Shown here: positions 1-12,191 of the stretch, piece after piece
Position numbering within the stretch: position 1 is the first letter of the stretch
Layout of the letters: every line of letters begins with the position of its first letter
Source of the DNA: Blepharisma stoltei ATCC 30299
Lineage: Eukaryota > Protista > Ciliophora
Length of the DNA: 64,000 bases
Direction: 5' to 3'
Assembly (NCBI GenBank): GCA_965603825.1
Contig: CBFDEM010000030.1
Location: 372,001 to 436,000 of the forward strand
Notes under the pieces: generated by a model
Told to the model about the DNA's origin: nothing
The model's database searches: none
Seen by the model: the letters and a program-made list of their open reading frames with translations, nothing else
Position numbers and translations under genes: made by a program

Positions 1-1
1 A

Positions 2-457
2 GATTATGGAAAATATGAAAATGGTAATAAAATTTCATATAAGGAATTTCAAAGATACTTAGATATAAAAAGAATTGATGTAAGCTTCATGAATGATATA
101 ATTCCGAAAATAAAAGATATAGTAAAAGATACATTTATGGCGACTTTTCAAATGATTGATAAGGAAAGAAAATCTCATTCATTTGAAATTTATGGATATG
201 ATTTTCTTTTAGATACCAATTTTACACCATGGTTATTAGAAGTTAATACAAATCCATGTTTAGAGTTATCATCACCTTTGCTTGGTAGAATTATTCCTTC
301 AATGTTGGATAATGCATTTAGAATAGCTGTAGATCCTGTTTTTCCTGAAATTGCTCAGTGTTCAAGAAGAAGTAATGTTGTTAAAGAGTCTTATCCTCCG
401 AATAAATTTGAGCTGATATTCCATGAACTTATCGATGGTAAAAATCCATCTGAATAG
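2..457 (+). CDS. Tubulin-tyrosine ligase-like (TTLL) protein, C-terminal part (5' partial)
   Basis: Frame is open from base 2 (DYGKYENGNKISY...). Motif FEIYGYDFLLD..PWLLEVNTNP is the TTL ATP-grasp signature. Ends TAG. Confidence 0.88.
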   Translation, partial: DYGKYENGNKISYKEFQRYLDIKRIDVSFMNDIIPKIKDIVKDTFMATFQMIDKERKSHSFEIYGYDFLLDTNFTPWLLEVNTNPCLELSSPLLGRIIPSMLDNAFRIAVDPVFPEIAQCSRRSNVVKESYPPNKFELIFHELIDGKNPSE

Positions 458-645
458 GCTATTTTAACATTTTTATAACGATTAAAATTTTATTGATTTG
501 AGAGAAATTATTTATATTGAATAAAACTGTAAAACGAATTATCATTTTAAAAGATTATTAACTTAACGAGGAAATAAAGTATAAATAAATATGCATGAGT
601 TATTAAAATATTGGAATTATGGGAAAATGAAAGTTTATAAAAAGA

Positions 646-717
646 AGGTTCTACCGAGATTTGAACTCGGGTTACAGGATTCAGAGTCCTATGTGATAAC
701 CACTACACTATAGAACC
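646..717 (-). tRNA. tRNA-Gln(CUG)
   Basis: Reverse complement GGTTCTATAGTGTAGTGGTTATCACATAGGACTCTGAATCCTGTAACCCGAGTTCAAATCTCGGTAGAACCT folds as a cloverleaf with anticodon CTG and T-loop GTTCAAATC. A T-run (Pol III terminator) follows at about 639-643. Confidence 0.96.
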
Positions 718-917
718 TATTGCCTGTTAAACATTATCAGTGCATTTATAGCTGAAAACTGAAGCTTGGTGCATCATCAATTAATTCCAAAAATTGCTTT
801 GCTTTATTTTATCGAATGGATCAGCTCTAAGCCATGTCATAATTTTTCATTTAAAGATTTTCTTAATTTCTTATTAAAGCGTGTATATTTTCGTGCCTGC
901 AGCCTTAATAATTCAAA

Positions 918-2063
918 ATGGATTTTATCCAAGAAATCCCTAGGATTCAAGAAGCTCAAAATGCTAATATTGAAATATTTGTTATCAATCCTGTTATAAA
1001 TAACGAAAATTTTCAACGGCAAGTTACATATGAAGTCAAAGGTCAAGATAGTTTAGGACAGTTTGAAAGCTTAAGAAAATATTCTGAGTTCATTACACTA
1101 AGAAACATTTTAACACAAAAATGACCTGGCCATTATATTCCTCCTGTGCCTCCTAAAAAATTAATGGGAAGCTTTTCATTAGAATTCATAGAAACTAGGA
1201 GAAAACACTTAGAATATTTTTTGCAACAATCTTCAAAGATTAATATTTTTTATACAACAGAAGAATATCAACTATTTTTAAGAGGACCCGCAGATTTTGA
1301 TAAACTCATGAACCAATTTAAATATACAATCAGAGATATTTCAGATAAATATAAACAAGTATATGAAGAATGCACTAAAGTTTTTGTGACGACACAAATG
1401 GCTGATCAGATTGCTGAATATGAAAACTTATTTAAAGAAAATCTCAATAAATTGCTTGATTTTAAAAATGTTGTTAAAGAAGTTCATACAAAATTTGATT
1501 CTTTCCAAAAACAATTTTGTTTATTCAATGCAAAAATGACAAGTTTAGAAACCGAATACATAGGCGAAATCACACCTTCTTATAGCAAAATTTACAGTCC
1601 AATTGAAAAAAATGAAATAGAAAATCCTTTTCACGAAATTTACGAATGAGTCAAAATTGAAATTTTAGATCTTGAAGCCATTTTAGAAACAATTTCAAAA
1701 AAATCCGAAATCGAGAATCAAAGAGCAAAGATAGAAGAAAAAATAAAAAAGGAGAATGTCAATTTGAAAGACCTCCAAGCTGGAAAAACAAAATTTTTAA
1801 ATTTATTAAATTCAAAACCTAAATCTGATCAAGCTGCTGAGATAGAATCTACTATAAGAGAATTAGAAGCTGACATTATTGATCATTCTTGCATACTCAG
1901 AATTATAGTTGTTCGGCTTTTTGAGACTGTTTTACCTGAATTCAAAGTAATGAAGTCAAAAGTGTATAAAGACATGATGAAAACTTATGGAAGAATCTCC
2001 CTTCTTGCTTTCCAAAACTTCACAGATTCAGCTAAGCAAATAAACTGGCATTCTGAAGGTTAA
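918..2063 (+). CDS. Sorting nexin-like PX-domain protein with C-terminal coiled coil
   Basis: Three ORF-track fragments share one frame, joined by TGA at 1122 and 1647. RKYSEF..LR..L..K(W)PG..IPPVPPK and RRKHLEYFL are PX motifs. Confidence 0.88.
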
Positions 2064-2256
2064 TTAGTTCCCACAGAATAATTTACTTTTGGCTTTTCAT
2101 AAAATTCTTCCATTTTAATAATCAAATAATAAAATTTAATTAATATTTTGTAATCGGAAAGGAATTTAAATTGCTTTAGCTTTCACTGCTTTATTGAATT
2201 CTATTAAATTAAGGTCTTCTTTATAAGTAAAAGCATTGGCCAAATATGGCATAAAT

Positions 2257-2577
2257 ATGTTAGCGTGGAGAGCAAGACAGACTTATAGGCTCGTTCAGAC
2301 TACAATGAGAATGTTCTCTGACAAAGAACCTTACGAAGGCTCAATTCTCAAAAAGAAAGGCAAAGGTGACGAAGAGATTTACTTCAATAAAAAAGAAAAA
2401 GAACAATTGAGAAATTTACTTCATAAACTAGAAGATGCTGCAGGAGAACCAGAAGCGGCTGTAGAAAATGATAGAGAAAGTAGAGCGAAACTTCTTCAAG
2501 TGCTAAGCAAGCATAATATTAGAGCTTCAGAGTCACTCCTTGACGATATCCTGAGTTGGAAGAAAGGGACTTATTAA
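2257..2577 (+). CDS. Mitochondrial ATP synthase inhibitor IF1-like protein
   Basis: Arg-rich presequence followed by KKKGKGDEEIYFNKKEKEQL, resembling the IF1 core. First ATG is at 2257. Confidence 0.7.
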   Translation: MLAWRARQTYRLVQTTMRMFSDKEPYEGSILKKKGKGDEEIYFNKKEKEQLRNLLHKLEDAAGEPEAAVENDRESRAKLLQVLSKHNIRASESLLDDILSWKKGTY

Positions 2578-2747
2578 GTAATCAATCAATTATAACAAAA
2601 TTGCTAATTTTGCTTTGAGTTGTAAAATAAATATATTTGTAATAAAAGAGATACTCTGAAAATTCGAATTTTTAGAAAAAAATTGTACCCATTTTCATCT
2701 ATTCAGCTACAGTTATATATCGCAGCACACCATATTATCTGTAATAA

Positions 2748-3779
2748 ATGCAAAAGAGAGGATTACAACTTGATAGTTTTTCAGATAATCCTATGGAAGA
2801 GGACTCTCTCTCAGTAGAAGTGTAATCCCTACTTAGTGGCAGCGACGCCTTACGATTTTACAAAATTGGGCTTGAAGTTGGTCGAGAAGGCATCACTAAT
2901 TGCTCCACCGGAGTCAGTCTCAGCATAAATCCTTCAGAGATAGAGCTTGGACAAGTTATAGGCCACGGCTCTAGCGGAGTCGTCTTTGCTGGACGCCACG
3001 TGCCTACTAACACTTTGTTAGCACTGAAGTCTATAAATATATATGAACGCGACAGGAGAAAACAATTGGAAAATGACTTAAAAGCCCTGGACGAGTTTTC
3101 AAGCCCTTACCTTGTATCTTATTATGGCGCTTTCTTTGGAGATGGCGTTGTCAAAGTAGCCATGGAGCTGATGGACTTAGGAAGTTCAAGAAAAATTATA
3201 AGTGTCCTTGCTGGAAGACAAGAGCCAGTGCTTCCTGAAGAAATTTTATATGCTTTGTCATTTCCTATATTGAAAGGCCTGCAATATTTGCATACAGAAA
3301 AACATATGATACATAGAGACATCAAGCCAGACAACGTGCTAATTAACAGCAAAGGAGAAATCAAATTAAGCGACTTTGGGATTTGTAGGGAGCTGGCCAA
3401 TTCAGCTGCGTTTTGCAACTCTTTTGTGGGGACAATTACTTATATGTCGCCAGAAAGGATCATGAAGACTTCGTATGCGTACCCAGGGGATATATGAAGT
3501 GTAGGCTTGGTTTTGATTGAATTGATCAGAGGGGTTTTTCCTTATCCAAGACCTGGAACTTTTATTGAAATGGTGGAAAATTTGATGAACTCGCAGCCTC
3601 CTCAGCTGCCGAATAATGGTCTCTATTCAATTGAATTAGTAGATTTCATATCTAGGTGCATGCAGATTGATCCAGAAAATAGAGCAACAATTAACGAGTT
3701 ACTAGCACATCCCTGGGTGAGAAAATATGAAGGGTCAAGCATTGATTTGCTAGGATGGCTTAGAGGAGTACTAATGTAA
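2748..3779 (+). CDS. MAP kinase kinase (STE7 family)
   Basis: ATG 2748; 15-nt intron 2822-2836. Motifs IGHGSSG, HRDIKPDN, DFG, S-x5-S activation loop, YMSPERI. TGA 3495 supplies the W of DIWSVG. Confidence 0.93.
2822..2836 (+). other. 15-nt spliceosomal intron
   Basis: gtaatccctacttag. Contains an in-frame TAA; removal restores the kinase N-terminus. Confidence 0.88.
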
Positions 3780-3914
3780 TTCTTGATGAGTATTTGGCAT
3801 TTTATTTAAGTAGCATTATTTGGTAGTTATTTGTATTTAAATCTCTTAAATAACTCAAATATTCAACAGCTAAGCTCTTTATTGTTCATAAAAAGTAATA
3901 TGGTTATTTATTAT

Positions 3915-4223
3915 CTAGGTAGGCTTGGCTCCTTCTTCTGACTTATTGATTTCTTGAAGAACAATGATCCTAAAATTCTTCCCAGGCGCCACAAGGATTT
4001 CATGTCTTTTTAAAGTAAACCTTAAAAGTGTCATATCGTTAGCTGGGTCAACGTCTCTGACCACACTTCTTGCCTTATCTACCAGCTGATTGATATAACC
4101 GGTGAGTTTTGCATCTTCTGCTTTGGTCATAGTTGACCTTACTGAGCTTCCATCAGGCCCGGTGATTAAAAGTCCTTTTACTCTTCCTTTGACCCTGTTT
4201 ATTGCCTCTTCAATTTCTGACAT
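3915..4223 (-). CDS. Dynein light chain roadblock/LC7
   Basis: LVDKARSVVRDVDPANDMTLLRF..KRHEILVAP is typical of roadblock proteins. Confidence 0.92.
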   Translation of the reverse strand: MSEIEEAINRVKGRVKGLLITGPDGSSVRSTMTKAEDAKLTGYINQLVDKARSVVRDVDPANDMTLLRFTLKRHEILVAPGKNFRIIVLQEINKSEEGAKPT

Positions 4224-4264
4224 TTATAACTGCGATATAATCAAGACTTCATATAAGTTTAAAA

Positions 4265-6403
4265 ATGGGAAGCACAATAAGCATTGAAACCCAACAGTCA
4301 AATCTGGATGAATTGCTTTCACTCAGTCCGTCTACCTTCACAAAGCTTGGCAACGAGGCTTTGCTTACTGATTTTTCACATCATTTAAGGATATGGCGGT
4401 TCCAAGAGGATCCACATAATCCAGACCTTATAAAATCACAGCCTCTAAGCTTGAGCACAGCCCAGACATTTAAAAGCCAAGAATGCTATTTAGTGCTGCT
4501 TATAAGCCACAGTGGCAAAGACTATTCTTTTGAAGACCACCCTGGATCTATTATTAATATTATTGAAAGCATCACAAATTTAACCCCAAGAGGCCTTGAA
4601 AACGTGTTTTCAACAGACGATTCTGCTATGAGTTCACTTTTGTTGTCCAAAAATGAAATAAATGAGGCTCTGCATTATGCATTATTTGTGTGGAATGGAA
4701 AAAGAGCAAATCCACTGCTCAAAGCATTTGCGCTGACTAAAGGTTTTGAGCTGGAAAATCAGGTATCGAAAGGAGGGGCCAAGATGCTGAAATCACTATT
4801 TAATGGAAGCGTTATTAAAGGGAAAAAAATCCAGCAGGGGTCAGTCATGTCTTTGAATTCTGCATATGAAAACGAAGCATTAAGACCAGAAAACTCAGAA
4901 TCCTTTGAAGTCATACGAAAATGGCTGAGCCCAGAACAGCCAAATCCTAGCTTTCTTGCAAAGCCTCTATTTCCTAAATTTAGGGAGCATTTTTTAATAG
5001 GTCCAGGTGAGCCTTACTTTGTAGCCTGTCAAGAAAACACCCCGCCTCCTGCTCTGCCTAAAATAAGCTTACCTAAGCTAGATATGAAGCCTGATTTAAA
5101 GCCAAAACTTGGCATACCAATTCCAGGTCTTAATATAAAAAAAGATGAAGAAAGCAAGCCAAAATATGACACTAAAGAAGAAATTGACGAGCTTGAAAAC
5201 AACCATTACTTATCTGAAAAAGAGAAAAAACAAATAAAATTGGACTTCTATGATAAAATTTGCTCAGAATTAGATGATGGGCTATACGTAGGAAGTGATA
5301 GAGTTGCAAGAGATTTAAATTTGCTAAAGGCGAACGGGATCACCCATATTATCAATTGTGCAGGAAATGTATGCAAAAATTACTACCCAGACGATTTTGC
5401 GTATTTAACCTTTTTTTTAAAAGACTCCAAAACTGAACCTATTGAATCCGTGTTTTACCCCACGATAGAATTCATTGATAATGCTTTGCAGTCTGGTGGA
5501 AAAGTCTACGTCCATTGTATGCAAGGGGTATCAAGATCTGTAAGTGTATGTCTTGCTTATATAATTTTTAAAAGAAAAAGACCTTATGATTTGGTAATAA
5601 AAGAAGCTAAACAGAAGAGAGGAGTTTGCAGTCCTAATGTAAGCTTTGAAATACAGCTAATGTGGTGGCATAAAAGACTATTTGAAAACTTCGACTCGCT
5701 TTCTATTAGCCCAAGAGTTTTCGCAATCTGCTCACACGAAATTGAGCAGCCAAGGAGAATAGTCGCGAGGCTTTTGATGCAAAATCTTTACAGAGGCCCT
5801 GATAAAGAAGTTTTAGATTCAAGAGGTGTTTTTATTATTCAGACAGAAAACGTTACTTATTTGTGGATCGGCAAAGAATTACCAAGCTGCAATAGAAATG
5901 CCTATTTAGAAGTCGCAGAAAAGCACATATGGAATCTTAGACAATATGAAAAAGCTAAAGAGCATATAGAAGTCTATGAAGGAGAAGAACCAGACTATTT
6001 CTGGGCATCATGGAAATGTCCTCGCCCAGCTGTCACATCAGGGAAGAATCCAAGCATGAATAATTGGTATTTTTCTTTAGATACTGCTGTTGACATGGAG
6101 CCTCAAACACAGGAAGAAGAAATAATTGAAGAGCCGCTAGAAAACAAGCCGAAAGCTTACGTGTACCCTGAGTTGAGAGGAATGACAGTTCTTGATGAGG
6201 TTGAGCTTAATGAAGATGAAATGGTTTGCTTGTGCACTGATGAAAAGTGCTATTTGTGGAGAGGAGAGCTCTGTGAGGTTGAGGAAGAAGAGGAAGAACA
6301 GTTTGTGAGGGATGCGTGTATTAATTATTATGGGTTTGCTGGAGCAATTGTGGTAAGGGAGCAGGAAGGCTTAGAAAGTCCTGAATTTAATAGTTATTTC
6401 TAG
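4265..6403 (+). CDS. Dual-specificity (MAPK) phosphatase with gelsolin-like domains, plant MKP1-like architecture
   Basis: Catalytic VHCMQGVSRS. Gelsolin-like motifs (LDSRGVFII, YLWIGK, EGEEPDYFW, QEGLESPEF). N-terminal MG myristoylation-like start. Confidence 0.85.
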   Translation: MGSTISIETQQSNLDELLSLSPSTFTKLGNEALLTDFSHHLRIWRFQEDPHNPDLIKSQPLSLSTAQTFKSQECYLVLLISHSGKDYSFEDHPGSIINIIESITNLTPRGLENVFSTDDSAMSSLLLSKNEINEALHYALFVWNGKRANPLLKAFALTKGFELENQVSKGGAKMLKSLFNGSVIKGKKIQQGSVMSLNSAYENEALRPENSESFEVIRKWLSPEQPNPSFLAKPLFPKFREHFLIGPGEPYFVACQENTPPPALPKISLPKLDMKPDLKPKLGIPIPGLNIKKDEESKPKYDTKEEIDELENNHYLSEKEKKQIKLDFYDKICSELDDGLYVGSDRVARDLNLLKANGITHIINCAGNVCKNYYPDDFAYLTFFLKDSKTEPIESVFYPTIEFIDNALQSGGKVYVHCMQGVSRSVSVCLAYIIFKRKRPYDLVIKEAKQKRGVCSPNVSFEIQLMWWHKRLFENFDSLSISPRVFAICSHEIEQPRRIVARLLMQNLYRGPDKEVLDSRGVFIIQTENVTYLWIGKELPSCNRNAYLEVAEKHIWNLRQYEKAKEHIEVYEGEEPDYFWASWKCPRPAVTSGKNPSMNNWYFSLDTAVDMEPQTQEEEIIEEPLENKPKAYVYPELRGMTVLDEVELNEDEMVCLCTDEKCYLWRGELCEVEEEEEEQFVRDACINYYGFAGAIVVREQEGLESPEFNSYF

Positions 6404-6546
6404 AGTAAAAATTATTAGCTTCAATTTAATGCATTCTTCATATGATTAAGTGTTTTCAAGGCTCTTAAAAAGATAACTCATTTTCTATTAAATTCAAGTT
6501 TATAGTTTATAAATAGTATAATTAAGTGTCATAAGCTTATCCTGAT

Positions 6547-8473
6547 TTATATCGGACCTTTATGCTTGTCATAAAACGCCATCAATTTATCCCTTTGTGA
6601 TCTCACTTTTTTCAGCTTGTCTTTAAATGTAGAAATTTTTTCCAGCAGCTTTTTAATATATTCTGCTACTTCTCTGTTAACCAAAACATCTCCATTTTCT
6701 ATTTTTTGCTTGTAGCTCATGTCTTTTAAGTTAGGACAGGACATCTCATTCAAATCATTCATTTGAGCAAAAGCGCTACGATTGCTCATTTTGTCAAATG
6801 AAAGGTTAAATTTGACCTTTTTAGAGGATTTTGACTTTTGTTCTAATTCCCTAATTTTACCCATCAGGCCGTTTTCATTTTCTAGCATTTGAGAAACTAA
6901 TGAATCTTTTTCTTCTTGAAGTTTCTTATTTAAAATACTCAATTGATATAGTTGATCAGATAATACTCTAATATCCTTTGATGGCTCAGAATTTTGCTTA
7001 GATTTTTCATCAACTAATTCTTGTTCCATCTCAAGGACCTGTTGCTTATAAAATTCCAAGTCTGATTCAAGCTCTTTGATTATTTTCTTTTGATCATCAC
7101 AAAGTTTCTTATATTTTTCTGACTCTTTATATAATACTTTATAAGCTTCATCTTTAGCAGAAGCCCTAAAAACAAAGCTTTCTAAATCATTTATTCTCAT
7201 ATTAAGCCTCTTTACTTGTAAAATCAAATCTTTTCTTTCATCTTCTCGCATTTTGAGCATATTTACAGCATATTCATATTTTTCATGGCCAAATCCTTCT
7301 TCTTCCTCTTTGTTGATATCATCATATAGTTGACAATAGCTGATAAGCTCATCAAATAGAGGCTCAATATTATTATTCGGCTTTGTTGTCCATTTTTCAT
7401 AGCTTGGTTTATCAATTTTATCAAGCTGAAGCTTTGCGATTGGTAAGCTTAATTTTTTGACAGGAGTTTCTATTTCTTCATCTCTCACTTCTCTCGCGGC
7501 GTCTAAAAAATCACTCAAAGTAATTTCTTTCAAATCCATCTCATTTTCACATGCAGGATTGCTTAGAGAAACCCTGCTTTCCGTATGATGCTTATCTACA
7601 AACTCGCAAGGCTCTTCACATATAATTTCATCATAAACTTCTCTGCCGCTAAACCTTGAACTTCCTCCATGCTTACTAGACCTTCTTGAGTATCCTCAGT
7701 CAGGGCTTATTGAAATTCTTTCGCTTTCTTTATGTTTCTTTATAAGAGTCCTATATCTGCTTGATTTTATTTCTTTCAACTTTTCTGGATTTCTATAGTA
7801 CACTCCTTCTTGGAGTTCTGTAAAATTGGCTGGAAAATCAGATGATGTACAAAATGCATCTCGGGCTTTTAGCTCTCTATTTAGGTCTTACGATTGCAGT
7901 GGATTATGTCTCAGATTGACTACTGAGATGCTTGAATTTATATTCAAACAATCAACGTCGCTTTTTTTAGTTATCAAATTTCCTTCAACTTCCAACTCAA
8001 TTAAATAATTTAACCGCTCCAAGCCTTGAAGATTCTCGATTTTATTGTAAGCTGCATATAGGCACTTCAGGTTTGTGAGATTTGAGAGGGAACGAAGAGA
8101 AACTAAATTGTTATGGCCTATATCTAAGGTATGGAGACGGGTAAGTAATAGAATTGAAGGCTGTATAGTTACTAGTAGGTTATCTGAGATGTTTAAGTTT
8201 TCTATTGTAGCGGGAAGTGGCCAAAGAGCTTCTATATGATTGTTGGAAAGTATTAGTTTTTTTAGATATTTTAGTGAAAGGAGCTGAGTTACTTCTGAAC
8301 TTAAATAATTTCCTGAAATATCAAGCTCAGCCTTTTTAGAAACTTACTAGGTTTTTAAATTTCTCTATTCCATTAAGCTCAGTTTCGTCACGGTTTGCCC
8401 ATAATAATGATACGAGTGCGGATGGCTTGGCAATGTCGCTGAGATTTTTAGGAGTGAATTCACTCGTTTTCAT
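6547..8473 (-). CDS. Leucine-rich-repeat protein with C-terminal coiled coil
   Basis: ATG 8473; 16-nt intron 8332-8347; TGA at 7696-7698. LRRs include LAELDISGNYL, LKKLILSNNHI and IEKLNISDNLL. Confidence 0.82.
8332..8347 (-). other. 16-nt spliceosomal intron
   Basis: gtaagtttctaaaaag. Removal corrects a frame change and joins the ATG to the LRRs. Confidence 0.85.
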
Positions 8474-8977
8474 CTTTAAAATAATCAATCGTTATGCAAA
8501 CTGAAAAATTATTTTGGGTCTTAATAGTGTTATTGAATGGGATATAGAAAAGTAGAAAGAGGAAAGAAAGACCCTTTTTCTTCTCCAGGTCAAGGACAAT
8601 AAGAATGGTGGACGAAATTTTAAATAGGAAATTTTTGTTATATGAAAGGACTTTCTTTGGGAGATTCATGATGGGATTTGATAAAGTAAATTAATTAAAT
8701 GCTATAAAAATTGTGGGAAAATAGTAGATTAATGGTGTGATTTATGAATTTTTGAAAGGTGAGTTTGGAAATTATTATGTATTTTAATTTTTTTATTAAA
8801 AAATTAGAAAAGAAATTAATTATCAAATAGCTCAAGAGCCATATATATAAACTGCAAGCTTTTCAGATTATAAACTTTATTATTCTTTTCTGAAGTTATA
8901 TCTTTTCTTTAGATACGAATTAATATCAATTTTTTGTTATTTAATTTAATTTGATTGACCCATATTATTTCCACCCA

Positions 8978-9919
8978 TTATCTCATACTATAGCTCAGCT
9001 TTGCTGGTTTTTCAGATTTCCCACCATCGCTATCCTTTTCTGAAAATTTTTGATAAATTATTTTTTCCTGCCTTAGCTTTTTCGCAAGCATTTTTACAAT
9101 TTTTGGAGATCTTCCTCTGTGGCCTGAACTTTTAGGTGGAGCTGGAGTTCACCCACTTCCAAAACTGGAAGTCAATGGCCTTAGCTCACGATCTCTGTAG
9201 TTATTCATATTCAATGTCTTTATTGTCATAATTTTCAGTCCGTTTCGGTCAGCACGATTTAGCATAAATGCAGGTAAAACTGTATCACAAGGTCGTGATG
9301 GATTTCGATCAAGAACTGGACTTTGAACCTTAGGGTCAACCCTTGAATAGTTAATGAAATCTGCTGTAAAATCACTCATAGTGATTTGATGATTAGTTTT
9401 TCTGCCAAGAATTTTGTTAAAAGGAATTCCTTTTGACGTTTTTCTCCATACTAATTCATAGTTAGGATCATATGAAGGCTGCTCTGATAAATCTCCATAT
9501 ATTTTATTGAAATCTCTCCCTGAGTATTTTGAAATATCAGGAGTCGCCGAATGGCGAACTTTTGTAAAAATAGGAGGAGACATATCAAAAGAGACAAAAC
9601 GATTTTGATGAACATCATATGCAGCTTTTGTAAAGTCAGGTCTTCCTATTTGTTTATTTAAGGGAATAGGAGACTTAACTCGTGGCGCTATTGCAGCATC
9701 GTTATATGAAATTGCTGAAAGAGCTCTGCTACGACGGTTCTCAGTAATATAGAAATTTTTTGAAGTTGTTGAATTAGCTTTTGGAGACATATCATATTGA
9801 CTTGATGTGATAGATCTCTGAGGTGAATGAATAGATGTGTTAGTTCCTAAATTAAGATCAGGACTGGCCCCAAGTTTTGTAAATAAATCGAGAGTATGAG
9901 GATTAAACTGCCTTGCCAT
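8978..9919 (-). CDS. Hypothetical basic Ser/Pro-rich protein
   Basis: ORF-track stop at 9149-9151 is TGA; read as Trp the frame continues to TAA at 8978-8980. No recognisable domain. Confidence 0.7.
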
Positions 9920-10172
9920 TCTTTGTTATAATTAACTGATCGTATTTCATAAATAGTGAGATAATTAACTCAACTGATATATAAATTTAATCATTAAAAA
10001 TATGCAGCATGTACAATTTACAACAAATTCAAAATGTTTTCAATAAATTTATTATATTTTTCTTCTTCCTTTTCAACAAAGAATGCTTTTAAATAATTAT
10101 AAAAAATATTTATTCTAATTTATATATCAACTACTCAATATTGGAAATAACTTGAATTACAGAAATTTCTTA

Positions 10173-10988
10173 TTATGTTTGCACAGTTATATTGATTAGG
10201 GTTTCTACATTCGTCCTGCATATAGGGCATCTACTATTATGATGACTTCTCATAATATTTGCACACTCTACGCATAAGCACATGTGGCAGCAAGGAATTA
10301 CAAGAGTGTCTTTCCTATTAGTAAGGCACACCACACACTCCGGCGTTTCTTCATCTTCACACCCAGTGGTTGTCCCATAAATATCATGCAGCTCATAGCA
10401 CAATTCATTCATAGACAATTTTTGTCTTATAAGCTTCGGCTGATATTGGTTCCCAGACATCCCAAATTTTATATATGTGCTTTCAATAATCCTTGAAGTA
10501 ACACTCGCTCTCTATGTAAAATTTACAATTTCTATCACGAGAGGATAAGTTTTTCCATCTGCGTGGCTTAATTCGTGGAAAGAATATTTACCTGTATCAA
10601 AAATTGCAAGGTTTTGAGGAAAATTTTGATCAAGGCCTGCACTAAATGTATGAGTGCATGGAACTGGGAATCTAGAGGTGTCAACATAATAGCATTCAGT
10701 GACCCCAGTTGACATAAGAGTTTCAATTGCGAAGAAATATAGGGAAATTGTGCAGTCAGTAAGAGCGTCAAATGTAAAAGAAAGGGAAAAAGTTGTAGGG
10801 GAATCGGCTTGGACTGTTAAACTGCTTCCACGGATGTGAACTTGCTCAATTACTGTAGGAGTTGGAGTCATAGTTTGGTCTTGGGTTGGAGAAGATATAT
10901 TAGGAATGGCATCATGGGCTGGAGGCTCAAGCAAGTTTTGGGCTTGAGGATTATTTTGACCGACATAAAGAGGTTGACGATTTCCCAT
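10173..10988 (-). CDS. RING-HC E3 ubiquitin ligase, MGRN1/LOG2-like
   Basis: MGN start; 15-nt intron 10512-10526. RQKL....YELHDIYG followed by CVVC..PCCHMCLC..C..CPIC. Confidence 0.88.
10512..10526 (-). other. 15-nt spliceosomal intron
   Basis: gtaaattttacatag. Its terminal TAG is the ORF-track stop. Confidence 0.88.
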
Positions 10989-11158
10989 GTTGAAAGAAAA
11001 ATTATAATTGGACTTTTCTGTCCATTTTATTTTTAAATAATTTAAAATTGTGATAAATCTCAATGGCAAGCCTTTATTAGTTGATAGCATACAGATATAT
11101 GCAGCTGAGCTGATTATATACTTTTAAGACTTATCAATTTATTTTAAATTTATAACAA

Positions 11159-12085
11159 TTATTCTATTTTTTCTTCTTCTGTGGTTTTTTGTCTTTTATT
11201 AGGATTTCCTATATCTTCCTGAGTTTTGCTTTCAAAATTATTGATCCACTTTATCACCTTATCACCCAAATCATTGGTTTTTATTCCTCCATTTAAATAG
11301 TGTTTTTCAAGAGCCAGAAATTTTGTCATAGTATCTCCTTCTTCATCACTTTCAATAATTCCTCCTTTAGAGTATCTTAGTCCTTCTGCTTTATTTTTAA
11401 ACCATCTTATAACAGTCCTTTCAGGGACTCCAATTTTCTTTGCTAATTTTTCTTTATTTTTAGTTTTTTCATGCATTTTTAAAACGGTTTTAATTTCATT
11501 TTGGCCATAAATAATTGCATATCGTTCAAGATCTCCAGAAACTTCACCAATCCTATGTTTTCCTATTAATAATTCTTTAGCAATTTCGTCATCTGTCTTT
11601 CCTTCTCTTCTTAAGACTTGAATTTTATATTTTAAATAGGAATTCTTTTTCCCTTTGGAGCCAGACATTTTGTTTCAGTCAAATCAACTGTGGATCATGT
11701 AAATATTGGGAAGATCAAAAAGGTTTTGGATTATTTTCGGCTTAACACCATTTTCATAGAGCCTTCCAACTCTTTTTTTTAATTGAGCTACACATTCGCT
11801 AGTATTTTCTTCGAAGTTTATTTGAAGTGAAGGTGCTTTTACGCTTTGTGAAGTAATAAATTCAAGTGCAAATGGGGAAATGTTGAAAATCTCAGCAGCC
11901 CTTTCTAGAGATAAATTGCTAATCATTTTTCTTAAAACTTCTGATAAGCTGCTTAGGCATGGGATATTTTCGTAGTTTATTTTTGATATCAAATGCTTGA
12001 TTTCTCCCTCAGATTTGTGGAGCAATTTACTTGCTGTGCCAATTCCTTGAAATAATGCACAAAGGCCTATATATCTATCTTCCAT
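11159..12085 (-). CDS. Protein with several helix-turn-helix-like repeats
   Basis: Two ORFs in one frame, joined across TGA at 11684 and 11675. HTH-like segments LERAAEIFNIS and KLAKKIGVPERTVIRWFK; C-terminal PNKRQK NLS-like motif. Confidence 0.65.
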
Positions 12086-12191
12086 TTTATTAAATTTCGA
12101 CTTAGCCCCCCGAATCTTTAGGAAAAAATGTTTTTTGATATAAGAAATTCAATTATAAATTATTTATAATTACATTTTCATTTTAAATTGA

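Noticed and set aside
646-717. Possible suppressor or recoding tRNA
   Set aside because: The anticodon is CTG with a normal Gln body and a 5-bp anticodon stem. It does not read UGA or UAR.
766-1046. Short ORF-track calls with TTG/GTG starts or overlapping real genes (for example 766-999, 837-1046, 8460-8669, 12925-13224)
   Set aside because: Non-ATG starts or AT-rich intergenic/antisense sequence; a better gene model exists at each locus.
8332-8347. Programmed ribosomal frameshift in the LRR and DUF229 genes
   Set aside because: A consensus 16-nt intron explains each frame change.
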